From Cenococcum geophilum (lineage: Eukaryota), in assembly GCA_050273025.1 (NCBI GenBank), contig CP158635.1, positions 15,810,001 to 15,874,000 on the forward strand: a stretch of DNA of 64,000 nucleotides, in the 5' to 3' direction. Position numbers and translations under genes: made by a program. Of the stretch, positions 10,501 through 23,888 are shown one piece after another. Below the pieces are notes generated by a model. It ran no database searches and had not been told where the DNA came from. It worked only from the letters and a program-made list of their open reading frames with translations. Every line of letters starts with the position of its first letter. The first letter of the stretch is position 1.

Positions 10501-13500
10501 AAACCCTTATCTAGTATCTTATTAATCCACTTCTTTATATACTTAAGTTTAGTAGGTAAAAGTAGTTAATTTTTATAGTACGGGGCCTAGTTTCTAGGGA
10601 TAATCTTAATTTTATAGTCCTATAGTTAGTAAGGGGGCAGCTTATCTATATTTTTAGGGAAGAAGTGCTTAATATATTTATAATACTTCTTTAGTAGGCG
10701 TTATAGAATATCTTTACGGGTTAATCCTGGTTTGCCTTTTAGGAATTTTTTAATATTAGTATTAACTATCTTCTAATATAAAAGCTTAGGCTTAGTTTTT
10801 AAATTTATCTTAAGGAAGTTATAAAAATAGGGGGGGGGCACTTTACAGGCTTTCTTTATTATATAGTCGCCTTCTACTAGCTAGCGGAAAGACCTTTTTA
10901 ATAGGTTTAGTACTTCTATTAGGCCTATAGGCAGCTCTTTAAGTAGCTATTAGTGCTTATCTTATTTAACTAGTTCTATTAGCTCCGCTATATAAATCCT
11001 TATTACCTTTACGTCTTTTTATTTATAGAACCGGGTAAAATTAATAGCATAAGTATATTTAATATTGTCTAAGTTAGGGCGTATCTAGTTCTCTAGTACT
11101 ACGGCTAGGCTAGTATAGCTTAGTTAGCCTAGGGGGGCGGAAGCAAGGCGGTGGCCCTATATAGTATACGCGGGAGATAGGTATAAGGTTAGGTATTATA
11201 GTGGCGCGGTTTCTATTATCCGGGTTTTAATAGTTCTATAACCAGTCCTTACTATAACGCGAGCTATAGTGTACGTATATAGCATATAGCTTAGTTTTAG
11301 GTATTAGGCTAGGCGACTAGGGTTTAAATAGTGCCTAGGTTAGGGTTAGATTTTTAATAATAGCGGCGTAAAGCGGACCTTCTTCCTTAGTCTTAGCAGG
11401 GCTAGCTAGCCTATTATTTTAATCTAAAGTGCTAGGGTAGTCCAGTCTTCTACTATTTTATTACTTTATAGCTATATAGGCTTTATATATAGTCCTAGGC
11501 ACTAGGCTTAGTAGTACTAAGTATCTATATAGGGCGTCCCTACTACTGTTGGTTATCCCCCACAGGAGGTAGTACCTAGAGTAATAGTCTAAGTTAAAGC
11601 GGATTTTAAGTTTCCTAAAGCTAGGACAGGGCTTATACTTCTAAAGCTAAGGTATACCTAGGATAATTAGGGTAGTAGGTAAGAGTTTAGTAATAAAAAA
11701 GAGTATAGCTTTAGTATAGAGGCCAATTAATATTTAGGTGGTAAAGTAGTCTATAATAAGCGAAGTTAGGATACTATTTATAAGGCGTAGTAGCCTAGGT
11801 GCTAATAGCTTCTTAATTATAACGTTATACTTTCTTATAATAGACTCTATATTAATAAATGCTATTATAGTACTACCGGAGTCTACTAGGCTTACTATAT
11901 TAATATAAACTTAGGGGTATAGATTATATAATAAGGAGAGTTAGGTTTAAATAAGGATTAATTTCTTATTACTATTTACTAATCTAAGATTAAGTAGCAG
12001 CTTACTAATAAAAAGGACTAATTAATCTAGTAATAGGGACCTAATCTTCTTATCTTCCTCCTTATATAGTTTAAACACTTAAACGCAACTTAGTTTAAGG
12101 GTTTACCTTTTAACAACTAGGGTATAGAGCTGTTTTAGTAAAGCGGTCTAGTATCTATCTAGCTAGCGGTATCGGTCTTAGTTTTAGTTGGGGTATAGAA
12201 AAATAATACCTTACTAATAACGTGGCCGTATTTGTATTCGCTAGCGCGGAGTTACTAATACTGGGCGTTATTAATAGGTTAGGCTCCTATATAGGGTATA
12301 GTTTAAAGTAACTAAGCCATAGGGTTAAAGGGGGGGGGGTTGTCCGCTATAGCTATAATAGGCTCCGCGGTTACCGCGTTTATAATAAACTTTATAATTA
12401 CCGCATCCGCGGTTATTAGTTCGCGTCGTTTAATAGGGTAGTATTAGGACTAGGTTTACTATTTTAGCGGGGTTATAGGCGTTCTTTTAGTAGCTAGGCA
12501 GGCCACGGATAAAGTATAATCTATTATTAACGCGGCGCTTACGCTCCATATCTAAAATTCTATTAAGGTTTATAGGTTCTCTAGTTACTACTAGGGTTAG
12601 GGTTAATATAGGGGCAGAGGCTTAGATAGGTAGGCGGTAGTTAGCGTTCTTCTTAAGGTTGGCTTAGTATATATAGTTTGCAAGGTTTTTAGCAAATATA
12701 TTTATCTACTTACTCTAACTTATATAATTACTATTATTAATTTTATAGGTAAGTTTAAGTACTAGCTCTTCTATTTTTAGAGAGATAAACTTTTAAAGTA
12801 GGTCCACCTTCTATTTATTTATTTTCTTAACGCGGACTATTAGCTTATTAAGCTCTCCCTTTTAGGACTAGTAATTACGCTCGCCCTAAGGGAAATGGTT
12901 AAGCTTATTCTTTATAACCTAGGTTATATTAAGGACCTTATAGTAGGCAGTAAGGTTTTTAAGTATATCTTCCTTAGTGGGCCATTTCTATATAGATATA
13001 TTGTTTAGGTTCTCGTATATAAGCTCTAGGCCCTACTTAATAAACTTATAGGCCTTATTCTCTAGTATATCTAAGATATAAAAGATCTAGGACTAAACTA
13101 TATTAAAGTAATCCCGGTCCTGGTTAAAGACTCCTTTAATCTTAATATACCAGGTCTTAAAATTAGCTTATTATTTTAGCGGGGTACCTTTTCCGCTAAA
13201 TATTAGTGGGTCTTTAAATCTCCGTTTTTTCTACTAGGTTACTACCGTTGTTATAGGGGTTAATTGTTTTAGAACGGCAATAGTCTCTATCTAGGAGTTA
13301 ATAGTTCCTATCTAAAAAGTAATAAGGGCACTAAGGTTTTCGTTAGCTTTTTTATTAGCGGTGTTTATATTATATATACACTGTAGTCCTACTTTAATAT
13401 TGTTAAGGAACTCGTTGGTATAGTTAATAAGGGTAAGGTAAGCTTTACTAAGCTTAAAGGTCTTAAGGTATAATAAGGAGCGGCGGATTATCTATATAAT

Positions 13501-13752
13501 ATTAGGGTATATCTCTATAAAGAGGTCTGCAAAAACATTACAGGGGTTTTAGGTTTTAGCCATTTTAGTATTATTAGTATTACCTATTTAGGCGCTAGGT
13601 AAAAACTAAGGATTATTCTAAAATTATACTAAAGATATATTAGTTTTAGTAGAGGCGCGCGTAGGTCGCGATTACTTTAGGGTAAAGGTTAATTGGCTAG
13701 GGTATAGGGAATTAGTGATTGTAATAAGGCGTAAATTAGAGATACTATAAAC

Positions 13753-13939
13753 TGTTATAGTGCTATAATAAAGTAGACTAAATAACTACATTATAATATA
13801 AAGAGGGGAAGAAGGTAGAAAGGGGGTATTATATATAAATAGTAGGGCCGGCCGCTAAGTCACTAGTAGTGGGCTAGCTAATAGTAGAAAATAGTACGAG
13901 ATAGTATAAAACAGTATGCGTTAGGTCAGTGCCGTAATA
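13753..13939 (-). repeat. 5' LTR of D
   Basis: tgttatagtgc...gccgtaata; direct repeat of 6876-7058. Confidence 0.93.
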
Positions 13940-16317
13940 TATACTAAGTAGTAAGTTTAAGTGCGTTAGTTTAGGTTCTAATAGCTAATAGACTAGGTTC
14001 CTAAGGCCTTTTATAGCTGCCTAAATAAGCTACTTACCCTTATTAATAGGGCTAAACGCCGGTGGGTTATTAGTGGGGACACGGCTAACCTTAATTCTTA
14101 CGTCGCTACCGCCTAGGAGTCCTTTATAAAGGATATTAAGGCCTTAGTACGCACTGGCGCTAAGTATTATTTCCACTAGCGCCTAAAGGGCGAAGACTTT
14201 CCCCTACTCTAAGTGCAGGAATTATAGGCCATCTATTATACTTTTAAAGGAATTCTTAACGTAATACACGCTTTAGTATATATTATAGCGTAAGTATTTC
14301 GCCGTTATAGCGTATACTAATAGTACCTATAGCCTAATATGCCTCCTATTATAAGGGATAAGGAGGAGAATAAGGGTAAGGAGGATAAGGAGGAGAGAGA
14401 GGAGGATAAGGAGGAAGAGGAAGATAAGGAGGAGGAAGGAGGGGAAGAAAAAAAGGATTTAGTAGAGCTATAGAGTATCTATATTTTTATTAGCGTACTA
14501 CTATTACTCTACCATCGTTCCGTCGTCGCCCTACTAGTAGGGTATAATCCTAGTTATAATTAAAAGTTTTTTATTCTCCTACTTACTTTCTTTTCTATTT
14601 ACCCTTTAGGATAAAGTAACTATTATATATCTCCTTTGCGTCCTTATTAATATCCTCTACTAGGACCTATTTATTATACTTTTCTAGCTAGTCTTTTTAC
14701 TTAACTAGGTACTATAGGGTTTGGTTACGTCCCTTTCTTCTATATACTTCTTCTACCTTATATTAGTCCTTTTAGTCCTTTTAATTATTTAGCTTAATAG
14801 GCCCTAGTAAAGGGTCTCTAATAGTACCTTTATATTATTTATATAGCTTTAGTAAGCTAATATAGAATACTAAGTAGATATAGTAAGACATAGGTAGATA
14901 TAGCTAGTATGCTTACTTTCTAACTAGTTTGGCTATACTAAAAGGTCTAATAAAGCGTGCTGTAAGTTTCTTACTTAGCCTTTTTAGTTTAAGGTTCTTA
15001 GTTAATAGTAAGACTAGATCCCCTACTTTATATACCTATAGTTAGTAATAATAATTATAGTATTTCGCCTATACCTTAGTAGTACTTTTCTAGCGTTTTG
15101 CTAGCGCTTTGTATTTAAGAGATATTTTTTTAATTCTCTTAAAGGCGGCTAGAATAGAACTACTATTATCTACCTAGACCTTATATTCTAAACGCGGGTA
15201 AAACCTATAGTAGGTATAGAACGGGCTTATACCTATTATGCTATATTTAGTATTATTATAAGCGAATTCGGCTAGTAATAAAAGGCCTACCTAGTTGCTT
15301 TACTTTTTATTACAGAATATACAGAGGTAATACTCTAGGGTTTAGTTCTGGCGTTCTATTTACCTATCCATTTATAGGTAAAAGGCCGTACTTAGCCTAT
15401 ATTTTATCTTTATAGTAAAGTATAGCTCTAACTAGAACTTACTAGTAAAGATACTACCGTAATTAAATATAATCCCCCTAGGGGCTCTAAAACGGCGTAC
15501 TACTTTATTAAAAAAGAAATCCGCGAGTTCGGTTATAGTAATAGTTTTTACTATAGGTAGATATAAGGCTATCTTAGTATAGCGGTCGACTATTATATAT
15601 ATTACGTTATATACCTTCTTGCCTTATTTACTAGGTAATAGGCCTATAATAAAGTCTATTATAATTTCCTACTACGGCTAGTCTAGGTAAGATAGCGCTT
15701 AAAGCTTACTATAAGGGCGATATTAAGGTATATATATATATATATTGGTATATATTATAGGTAGAGATATAGTTTATAGCGTCCGTATTTATATTAGGCT
15801 AGTAGTATTTACATAAAAGGAGATCTAGAGTCTTTTTCTTACTAAAGTGGCTAGCTAGGGTATTATTGTGGTAGATCTATAGGATCTTTATATAAACTGC
15901 TGGGTCTAGGGGTATATATAACCTCCTATAGTAATAAAGTAGTTTAGCGGAATTAAACTACTATACTAGCTTTAAGTAGGCGCGTTAACAGCGTCTTGTA
16001 GTATCTACGCTGTTGCTGCGCTTTTATAGTATAAAGTTATCTTTAGTTTAAAGTCCTTTAATAAGCTTAATAACTGTTTCCATATTAGACTTATAAGCAC
16101 TCTCTTAAGTACTGGCTTCTTTAACTTAGGTCCTTATTACACGCTACTTAATAGTATATATATAAGTTGCCTAATTAAACTGTAATACTATATAGCCTAG
16201 GCGTACCGCTATTAGGTTGCTAGCTTATAGCTATAAAAATAATACCTTTATAGAAGGCTCGCTTTCTTATATATCTAATAGGACTTTTATCTTAGGTTAG
16301 TGGCCCTATATTCCTAA

Positions 16318-16733
16318 TATAACGGAACCTTATAGCAAGAACTACGGTGGGCTCGTTATTGGGCTAGGTGTGTAAGTAAAGCAAGTTAAAGTTAATAATC
16401 GTAATAATAACTAGTAAAGTGGTTGCCTAATAGATTAACTCTAATTATATTCTAAGAATTACTATAAAGAAGGAGCTATATAGGTAGAGACTATGGTCCT
16501 TTAAATATACAACCGTACTCCTAAGAAATCCTTTTTATATATAATATACGTGTGCTCTATTTACTTTGTTACGGATTATATAGATTATATAGATTACCCC
16601 ACGTGACCTTAGTTACTATTTCTCGTTATATAGTTCTACTAGCTCTATCCTAGACCGTGCCTAAATTAACCAACTAGCTTCTTCTAACTCTTCTTTAAAT
16701 AGTTATAATATTGTACTTAAAGCGTCTATAATA
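16318..16733 (-). repeat. 3' LTR of A
   Basis: Direct repeat of 28470-28894; inverted relative to the B LTRs. Confidence 0.93.
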
Positions 16734-16841
16734 CTATCTCCCTCCTCTCTATTTTTGTCCTTAAAGATTCTAAATATCTTTAGGTTGTTTACTAGAGGTA
16801 TAATATCTATCTAATTAATTTGGTTAATATTATTGCTTATT

Positions 16842-17500
16842 ATACCTAAAGCAATTTCTTCTTCCTTAACTGCTCGTCGTGCTCGCACTATTACTGCGAT
16901 ATTATCTCTTAGTGAGATTATACCGTCTCTGTGTTTCTATTGTTTAAAAAGAGGTTAGTTTATATTACATTAGCGAACCTATTTTTATAATAATTATCCT
17001 CTTATTTAGAGTGCACTAAAGCAAATATTTATTTATTTTGTAATATTCGCTCTATCTCTAATACTAAATATATATAACCTATTACTCTTATTAGTTGTCT
17101 AGTTCCTTAATTAATTTATCTTAGGGTTTTATATTTAATCTGCTGCTATACGGCTAGATAATAAACTGTTTATTACTTTAGCGGAACTATGCCGTTTTTA
17201 GGACGCTAAACGGGAGGCTACTAATGCTTAATAACCGGCCCTTAAGTCTCGTCTGGCGGCGTTTGCTTAGTTAATCCGTCTTAAGAAGGTTTATAAGAAG
17301 GTGCGTTCTAAAGAGTAGAAATTTATAGAATAGGGTCTATAGGAACTTAGTAATAAAAAAATGGATTCTCTTTTAATAGAGAAGAAAATAGATCTAAGTA
17401 GTTCGGTAACTACTCTTTTTAGATCCCCCTTAGGTGACTTATTCTTTAGCGATCCTTTTTTATTAATACTACCTAACCTAATCTCTTCCGATACTTCTAT
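16842..17500 (+). pseudogene. Antisense spliced Zn2Cys6-like / coiled-coil gene in the 3' region of A
   Basis: Exon 1 16842-17069 (IPKAISSSLTARRART...EIIPSLCFYC...ECTKAN...CNIRSISNTK, with a 1-bp deletion relative to B). A 55-bp intron at 17070-17124 ends ttag. Exon 2 is coiled-coil-like; its end is approximate. Confidence 0.7.
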
Positions 17501-19271
17501 ACCTTTCCTATAATGTTCTTTAAATTCTCTAGTAGCTCCTAGGTAGTCTTAGTATAGCCTATTTACTTAACCTTATACTATATTTTATTATTAACGCTCT
17601 TATAACTAATAATCTTTAAAACTTACTATTTATCTTCTTTCTATCCTCTATACGTGTCTGCTTTATAAACTAGTGGCTTAATATTCCTATATACTAGCTC
17701 TAGTATCGCAATATGCTATATAAGGTAGATTTTTATTTTAGCTAGTAGGTCTAATTTAAATGTAACTAGTGAAATCTCCTATATAATTTTAAAAGGTCCT
17801 AGTCTAATATAGTTTAATTTTTTACTTAATTATCAACTCTTAAAATTTTTATATAGTAGCTATACTTTATCTCCCTCCTTAAGATCTAGTCCCTTAGATC
17901 TCTTAGTATTATAGTACTTTTTTATTCTTTTTTATACTTTCTTTACTAATTCTATAAGGTCTATATAAAGATTTATTAATATCTTTATTCTTTCTTTAGC
18001 TATGCTACTCGTTTTCTTTGCTTACTATAGTAATAATAATATTCTTAGCTTATATCCGTAATTTGCCTTAAATAGTAATATACCTATTCCTTCTTAAGGT
18101 GTTATATTATATGTAAACTATATAACTGGTAATAGTAATACCCAATTATTCTATATATAATTAATATAATGCCTTAGATACTGCTCTAGTATCTAGTTTA
18201 ATCTTTCCGTTTAACTATCTATCTACGGATAATATATAGTAGAAGTTACTACTCTAACTCCTTATTCCGCTAAGAATACCTCTTAGAATACTACTATAAA
18301 TCTTAAATCTCTGTCTAATATAATTTTACTTAGTACTCTATGCCTCGTAAATACTTCTTTAATATAGATTCTAGCGATATCTTCTACTAATATCTCTTCT
18401 ATGCATGCTATAAAGTATCCCCACTTTATAAGCTTATTTACTATTACTAAGATCGCGTTATAATCTTGTCCGGTAATAGGGTCTCTTAACTTTAATAACT
18501 TAATAATAAAGTCCTATAATATAACCTCCTATGGTTTCTCTAATATCTTAATAGGTTATAGCCCTCTATATAGCTTATACCTTATTAGTTTATTCCTTTA
18601 GTAATTTAGATATTCCTTTATAACTTTTTATGCTAAGCCCTAAATTCCATTAATAATATACTCCTCTTAGGGTCTTAACACTAAGCCCGTGGCTCTATTA
18701 TGTCCCTAAGTTATTCCCCTATAGAAATCCTCTATAAAATACTCTATTATACTTTTTAGGATATACTTTACTTCTCAATTCTCGTATATATCCGTTTATA
18801 AATCTTTTAGCTATACTTCTAGAATCTTTTATACCTAAAAGCTCTTTAGTGTCTTATAGACTCTTTCTAGTTCCTTAATTTCCTAAGTTACTGTAATCTT
18901 TAGATAATTATACTTAATTAATCTATCTATGTCTTTTCGCAGTAAAGCCCTTAATGGCTTCTTATCGTTTTATAGTTCAGCCTTATAACTTAAAGTATCT
19001 ACCTTTATGTTATTTATACCCTTAGTATACTAAATCTTAAAATAGTATTTTATAAGCATTTCTACCCATCTAATTTATCTTTAGTTAAGTTCCTTTATTA
19101 TTAGAAATCCCATTAGGTTTTTATAATCTATTTTAACTATAAATAGTTTCTTTATACCTTATAAGAATGCTCTCTATTTCTTTAGTACTATAACTATACT
19201 TAATAACTTCTTATTATAAATGTTATAGTTTAACTTTGGTAGTATTATCTTCTAACTATAATATGCTACTA

Positions 19272-22200
19272 GGTCGCCAGAGACTCGCTAAGGAGACGCC
19301 GGTCGAACGTATAGCTCCCTTATTGTTAGCATATATACACCAGGAATGCAAAAACTCCTTATCCAAAAAGGTATCATTATAAATGGCCTTATATACGACG
19401 CAAGGCTCTATAACTATAAACTCCGCCTAGAATAATGCTACCGCTACGCACAATGGGGACATACCCAATCCACATGCGCAGCATAGGTGTGCTGCGGCTA
19501 CTATGCAGGCCCCCATAATATAAGAAACTGCTTAAATTAAGACCAAACAAAATGCGTAAACTGCTACCGAAGCACACATAAGGTATAGGAGAGAGGAGAC
19601 TGCATTAAATATAGGAGACGGAAGGTAAGGGCTTAACAGCTACGGGAATAACTGCACGCTAGGTTATATAAATGGAAACAACAGGCAATAAGCTAGGGGG
19701 GCGTAGGTGCCTTTTTAGCATTTCCTACCTTTAACACCGGGGGGCTAGGCCAGCCATCCCAAGCCTTAACGGGCTAGAAGCGTCGCCGCGCGATATTACC
19801 AGACTGTATAGGGATATAAGGGTTACAGGGGACATAAGGGAGAGGACGCCCTATAGGAAGACTATTATAAACAGCTATAGTAAGCTTAAGACCAGGATAA
19901 TTAAGAATTAGACTTAACGCGGTAAATATAATATTTACAGCCAACTCTTAAAGGGTATATAGCCAACTAGTAAGAATAGGGAAGGAACTAGAGATAATAA
20001 TAGATTTAGATATAGAAGCGCTACTAGGAATATAAGACATAGGAATAGAAAGCTCTATATAAAATGAGTAGAAACTAGGATATAGATATAAGAGATAGAA
20101 GCTCTAAATGTCCTAGAGAAAGTGGAAATAGAGGAAGTAAGGAATGAAGGAGAGGCGAAGGACCCCTGCTGGGGGTCCGCCACCTATCTATTATATAGTA
20201 TAACTGCGGCAACATAAACTACTGTCTTATAAGGCCCTTGCTAGATAGCTTAGACCTAGAGAAATACTACATCCTTACTATACAAGAGCCGTATTATAAT
20301 GCCTATATATAATTAATATACTGCCCCTAAGGATTCTAGCTCCTATATAAACCAAAAGCAGCCATACGCGTGTGCTTTATAATTAGTAAGGCTATTAGCC
20401 TATCCTTATAGTTATAGTAGGCAGTTAACCCAGATATTGTAGTTATAATAATCTAGACATATAGGGGACCGGTTTAGATTATTAATATATATAACCCTAG
20501 GGTTAAAGGGGTCCTATAAACAGAGAATATTATATTAGTAATAAGCTTACTAGAAACCGAAGATATAGAGTCTATCCTATTAGGAGATATAAACCTCTAC
20601 TACCCGTGGTAGGGGGGTATCTATATTGCTACCGAATGATAGGTAGAGTGCCTACTAAAAGCTATAGACACCTAGGGCCTTAAGCTAGCTACCCCCCTAG
20701 GAGTAATTATATAGTAATAAGGCACCGCTAGAAGTATAATTAACCTTATATTTATAGATGAAGGCCTATACTAGAGACTTAAAAGATGTAACCCTAAAGA
20801 AGAATAGGCACTCGCTTTAGACTATATCCCTATCCAAATATAGCTAGATCTAGATATTAAGGCACAATTAAATAGTAAAAGATATATAATAAGAAAGCTT
20901 AAGATAGACAGCTTCCTTAACACAGTTAAATAACAACTTTAAGACCTAGAAGAAATCTACCTAATACCGAATAAGCGAGGCTTAATAGCTACCCCTAAGG
21001 AAATCGACTAAAGACTAGAAAGGATCTAGGCAGCAATTAAAAATAGGTTAGAAGAGCACTGCCCGGTCTTAAAAGCGGGCCCCTATATACAATACGCATA
21101 GTCCGTATAATGCGCGGTTCTTATTACCAGCTAATAATAAGCAAGAAGAAAATATATAAGCAGCCACGATTTTAAAGACGAGAGACATTATAAAGATATA
21201 AAAAACTAGCTAAAGAATACCCTGAAAAAAGAAGTAAGGAATAGCTGGAGACAGTTTATAAATAAGCATATTACTAACCTGAGCCTCCCCTATAATAAAG
21301 ATCTTTAGAGGATAGCAAAATAGGTAAAGAGAAAGGCAGGACGTTTAGTAGAAGACCTATACCTTCCGCCCCTACGAAGACTAGGTAAATTACTAGCCAC
21401 AAGCGACAATAATAAGAAGGCAAAAATCCTTATAGAAAGATTTTTCCCTTAACCAGCTCTAGTAGACCTTAGCGATATTACGGGCGAAGCACCGGTGACT
21501 TGCCTAAGGGTTAACAGTGACATAATAACCGAAGAAATGGCCAGAACTATTAGCCGCCTTTTAAATAATATAGCACCAGGACTAGATAGGATCCTAAATA
21601 AAGCCCTAAAGACCTGCGGACTACTAATAGCACCTTGGCTTGCGGATGTAGCTAGAGTATGCTTTATAATAGGCTACTACCTAAGACTTAGAAGAGCTAT
21701 AATAACGTTTATCCTACGTAAAGAAGGTAAAGCAGACTACTTATTTCTAGGGAGCTACCGCCCTATTGCCTTAGAGAATACCCTTAGTAAGATCTTAGAA
21801 AGGGTAATAGCGGACTATATGGCAGACACGGCAGAGGAACACGCCCTACTACTATAAAGCTAAATAGGGGCAAGAAAGAACCGCTTAACACTATTAGTAC
21901 TTACGCTACTCGCTACCACTATTAAATTAGCATAGGCGATGCGAAGGGACTTTATAGTATTAATACTTAGCCTAGATATTAGTGGCGCCTACAATAACGT
22001 ACCCTATAAGCGTCTCCTATACATCCTTAGAGTAAAAGGCTTCCTAGAATAGATTATACAATTTGTTTAAGGGTTTATAGGCCAAAAAGAAACATTGCTG
22101 GTCTTTAGCGGATACTAAAGCCCCCCTATTGCAGTTACAATAGGAATACCACAAGAATTACCCCTCTTACCTATACTTTTCCTTTTCTTTGTAAGCAACC

Positions 22201-23888
22201 TACTTAACTCCTTTAAGGAAGGGGCGACCTAGGGGATAGGCTTTATTAATAACATAAACCTAATTATATACGGGCTAATAGCCATAGAGAATTGCAGAAC
22301 GCTAAAGAAAGCTTATAACACCTATATAGAATAGGCAAGACGATATAGAGTCTAATTCTTACTAAAGAAGTACCAGCTAATCCATTTTATAAGAAAACGC
22401 AACTAATCTGCAGATCTCTAGTATATAATTCGCATCTAAGGCTTTAGGGGTTAGCCAGTTTAGGGCCTAAGAGTATTAGGAGTATAGGTAGACAGTAAGC
22501 TCCAGTGGAGCGTATATACGGCCTAAGCGGCCTATAAGGGCTAAGTATAGTATATTACATTATCTAGGATCGTCAATTCTATATAGGGCCTATGCTTCTA
22601 AAGGTCACGCCTACTATATACAGCAGTTGTCCAGCTAACCATGACGTATAGGTCCAGTATTTGGGCCATTGGAGAATCTAAGAAAGGCCCCCCTAAATCG
22701 CTCCTTAAACTACTTTAAAAGGTCCAAACAGCCTACCTCTAGAGTATAACAGGCGGATATAAGCAAACGGCTACAGCACTGCTTAAGAAGGAAGCTAATA
22801 TTCCCCCCCTATAACTATATATTGAAGCCGCTGCAATATAAAGGGCGTAAAAGGAACGCAACTCTAATGTTATAAAGTATATTAAGACACGCCTAAATAA
22901 ACTATAGAGGGACCCTAGGGCGCCTTATAGGAGAATAAACCAATAACCCTAAAGTAGGGAAGATATATTAGAGAAACAGGTAAAGAAAGTAGAAGAAGAA
23001 TAGTACTACTCTAGGGCCCAGGCCCATATAAAGGAGAAAGGGAGACGCGTAAGAGGCCAGTAAGGACAACAGTAAGAGAGAGAAAAGAGCTAAAGTAAAG
23101 TATAAAAGAACGCTGGGAAACTAACTACTGTAATGCAATACTGGCTGGACCAACGCTAAAGAGGCGTATGGGAGTTAAAGGTACAGAGGTTGACTAAGGC
23201 AAGAACCCAAGCCGTAGTATAGTTAACGCTATAGGGGGTAAACACTCTAGGGCTCCAAGAAGGCCTAATAAAGGCAGAAAATATAATAGCAACACTCTTA
23301 AGAACAGGAGTAATAGGACTAAAAGACTGGCTCTACTAGGTGGGTGTCCTAGTAGGTAGCCTAAAATGCGAATGTAGCTAGCCAAGATAGACACTAAAGC
23401 ATGTAATACTGCTATGCCCCTTACGTACTAACTAAGAAGCAATGCTCTTAGTAGCTGGCACAGAGAACTATAAGACACTACTCTTAATATAAAAAGGCCT
23501 TAAGGCGGTTACCCAGTGGCTTATTAGCTAAAATGTACTAAACCAGTTCCGGGTTATAAAGGAAATGGCAATAAAAGGCAAGGGGGCGAGCAACGGGTGC
23601 CCCCTAATAACTCTATAGTAGTAGAGTAAAGTTTACAATACTAGCGCGTCTGTAGGCTTATTACGGCAGCAGTAGTTCCTAAGGAGGTCAAAAAGTAAGG
23701 TAGTAGGAGCACCATAGGTGACTTGTAGGCACCTCGTAGGCGCCTTGTAGGCGAGTCCTATAAGGCGGGGAGATGGATTACGGGGTTTTCTTAAATAGAG
23801 TTTTCTCCCCATATATATATAAGGAGTAGTCCGCGTGGGCCTAATAAGGATCCGAATCGGACGTTAAGCAATAAATTATTATTATTAT
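19272..23888 (+). mobile_element. Tad1-like LINE, 5'-truncated, inserted in the RNase H region of A
   Basis: Duplicated tataatatgctactaggt at 19257-19274 and 23889-23906 (last bases overlap the LINE 5' end); (att)n tail. ORF1 has three CCHC knuckles at 19435-19605; the sequence matches 34095-38698. Confidence 0.93.
20184..23630 (+). pseudogene. LINE ORF2 (APE endonuclease, reverse transcriptase, C-terminal CCHC), RIP-inactivated
   Basis: LSII*YNCGN endonuclease start; LLGDINLYYP; ORF-track fragment 21495-21857 in the same frame (APGLDRI...SYRPIALENTLSKILE); LDISGAYNNV; GFINN as RIP form of the RT F-x-DD motif. No RNase H is recognisable. Confidence 0.88.

Larger units (their letters stand above)
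6876..13939 (-). mobile_element. Ty3/Gypsy chromovirus D, structurally complete, RIP-degraded (7064 bp)
   Basis: LTRs 6876-7058 and 13753-13939; TSD tatac at 6871-6875 and 13940-13944; polypurine tract complement ctcctttcccct just inside the left LTR. Minus strand shows gag (ATG 13563), protease VDSGS near 11880, RT near 10100-10450, RNase H near 9450-9700, integrase 8200-8850 and a chromodomain near 7670-7790. Confidence 0.93.
6681..14500 (+). pseudogene. Antisense spliced gene of element C: Cys6 cluster exon, intron, helical exon, acidic tail; split by insertion of D
   Basis: 6783-6875 reads YTKCIATARRAIYSK*ANRNYRYC*RLNKLY (de-RIP C-x2-C-x8-C-x7-C-x2-C-x6-C). It continues after the D TSD to intron 13951-13996 (gtaagt...gctaat...ctag), then in phase VPKAFYSCLNKLLTLINRAKRRW... 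and an in-frame E/D/K tract at about 14355-14460. Start and end are approximate. Confidence 0.6.

Noticed and set aside
23829..23863. Minimal hammerhead ribozyme in the LINE 3' UTR (ctaataag could be RIPed CTGATGAG)
   Set aside because: The second copy has ctaatagg, implying an ancestral G at the conserved A, and GAAT replaces GAAA. Kept only as a 3' stem-loop.
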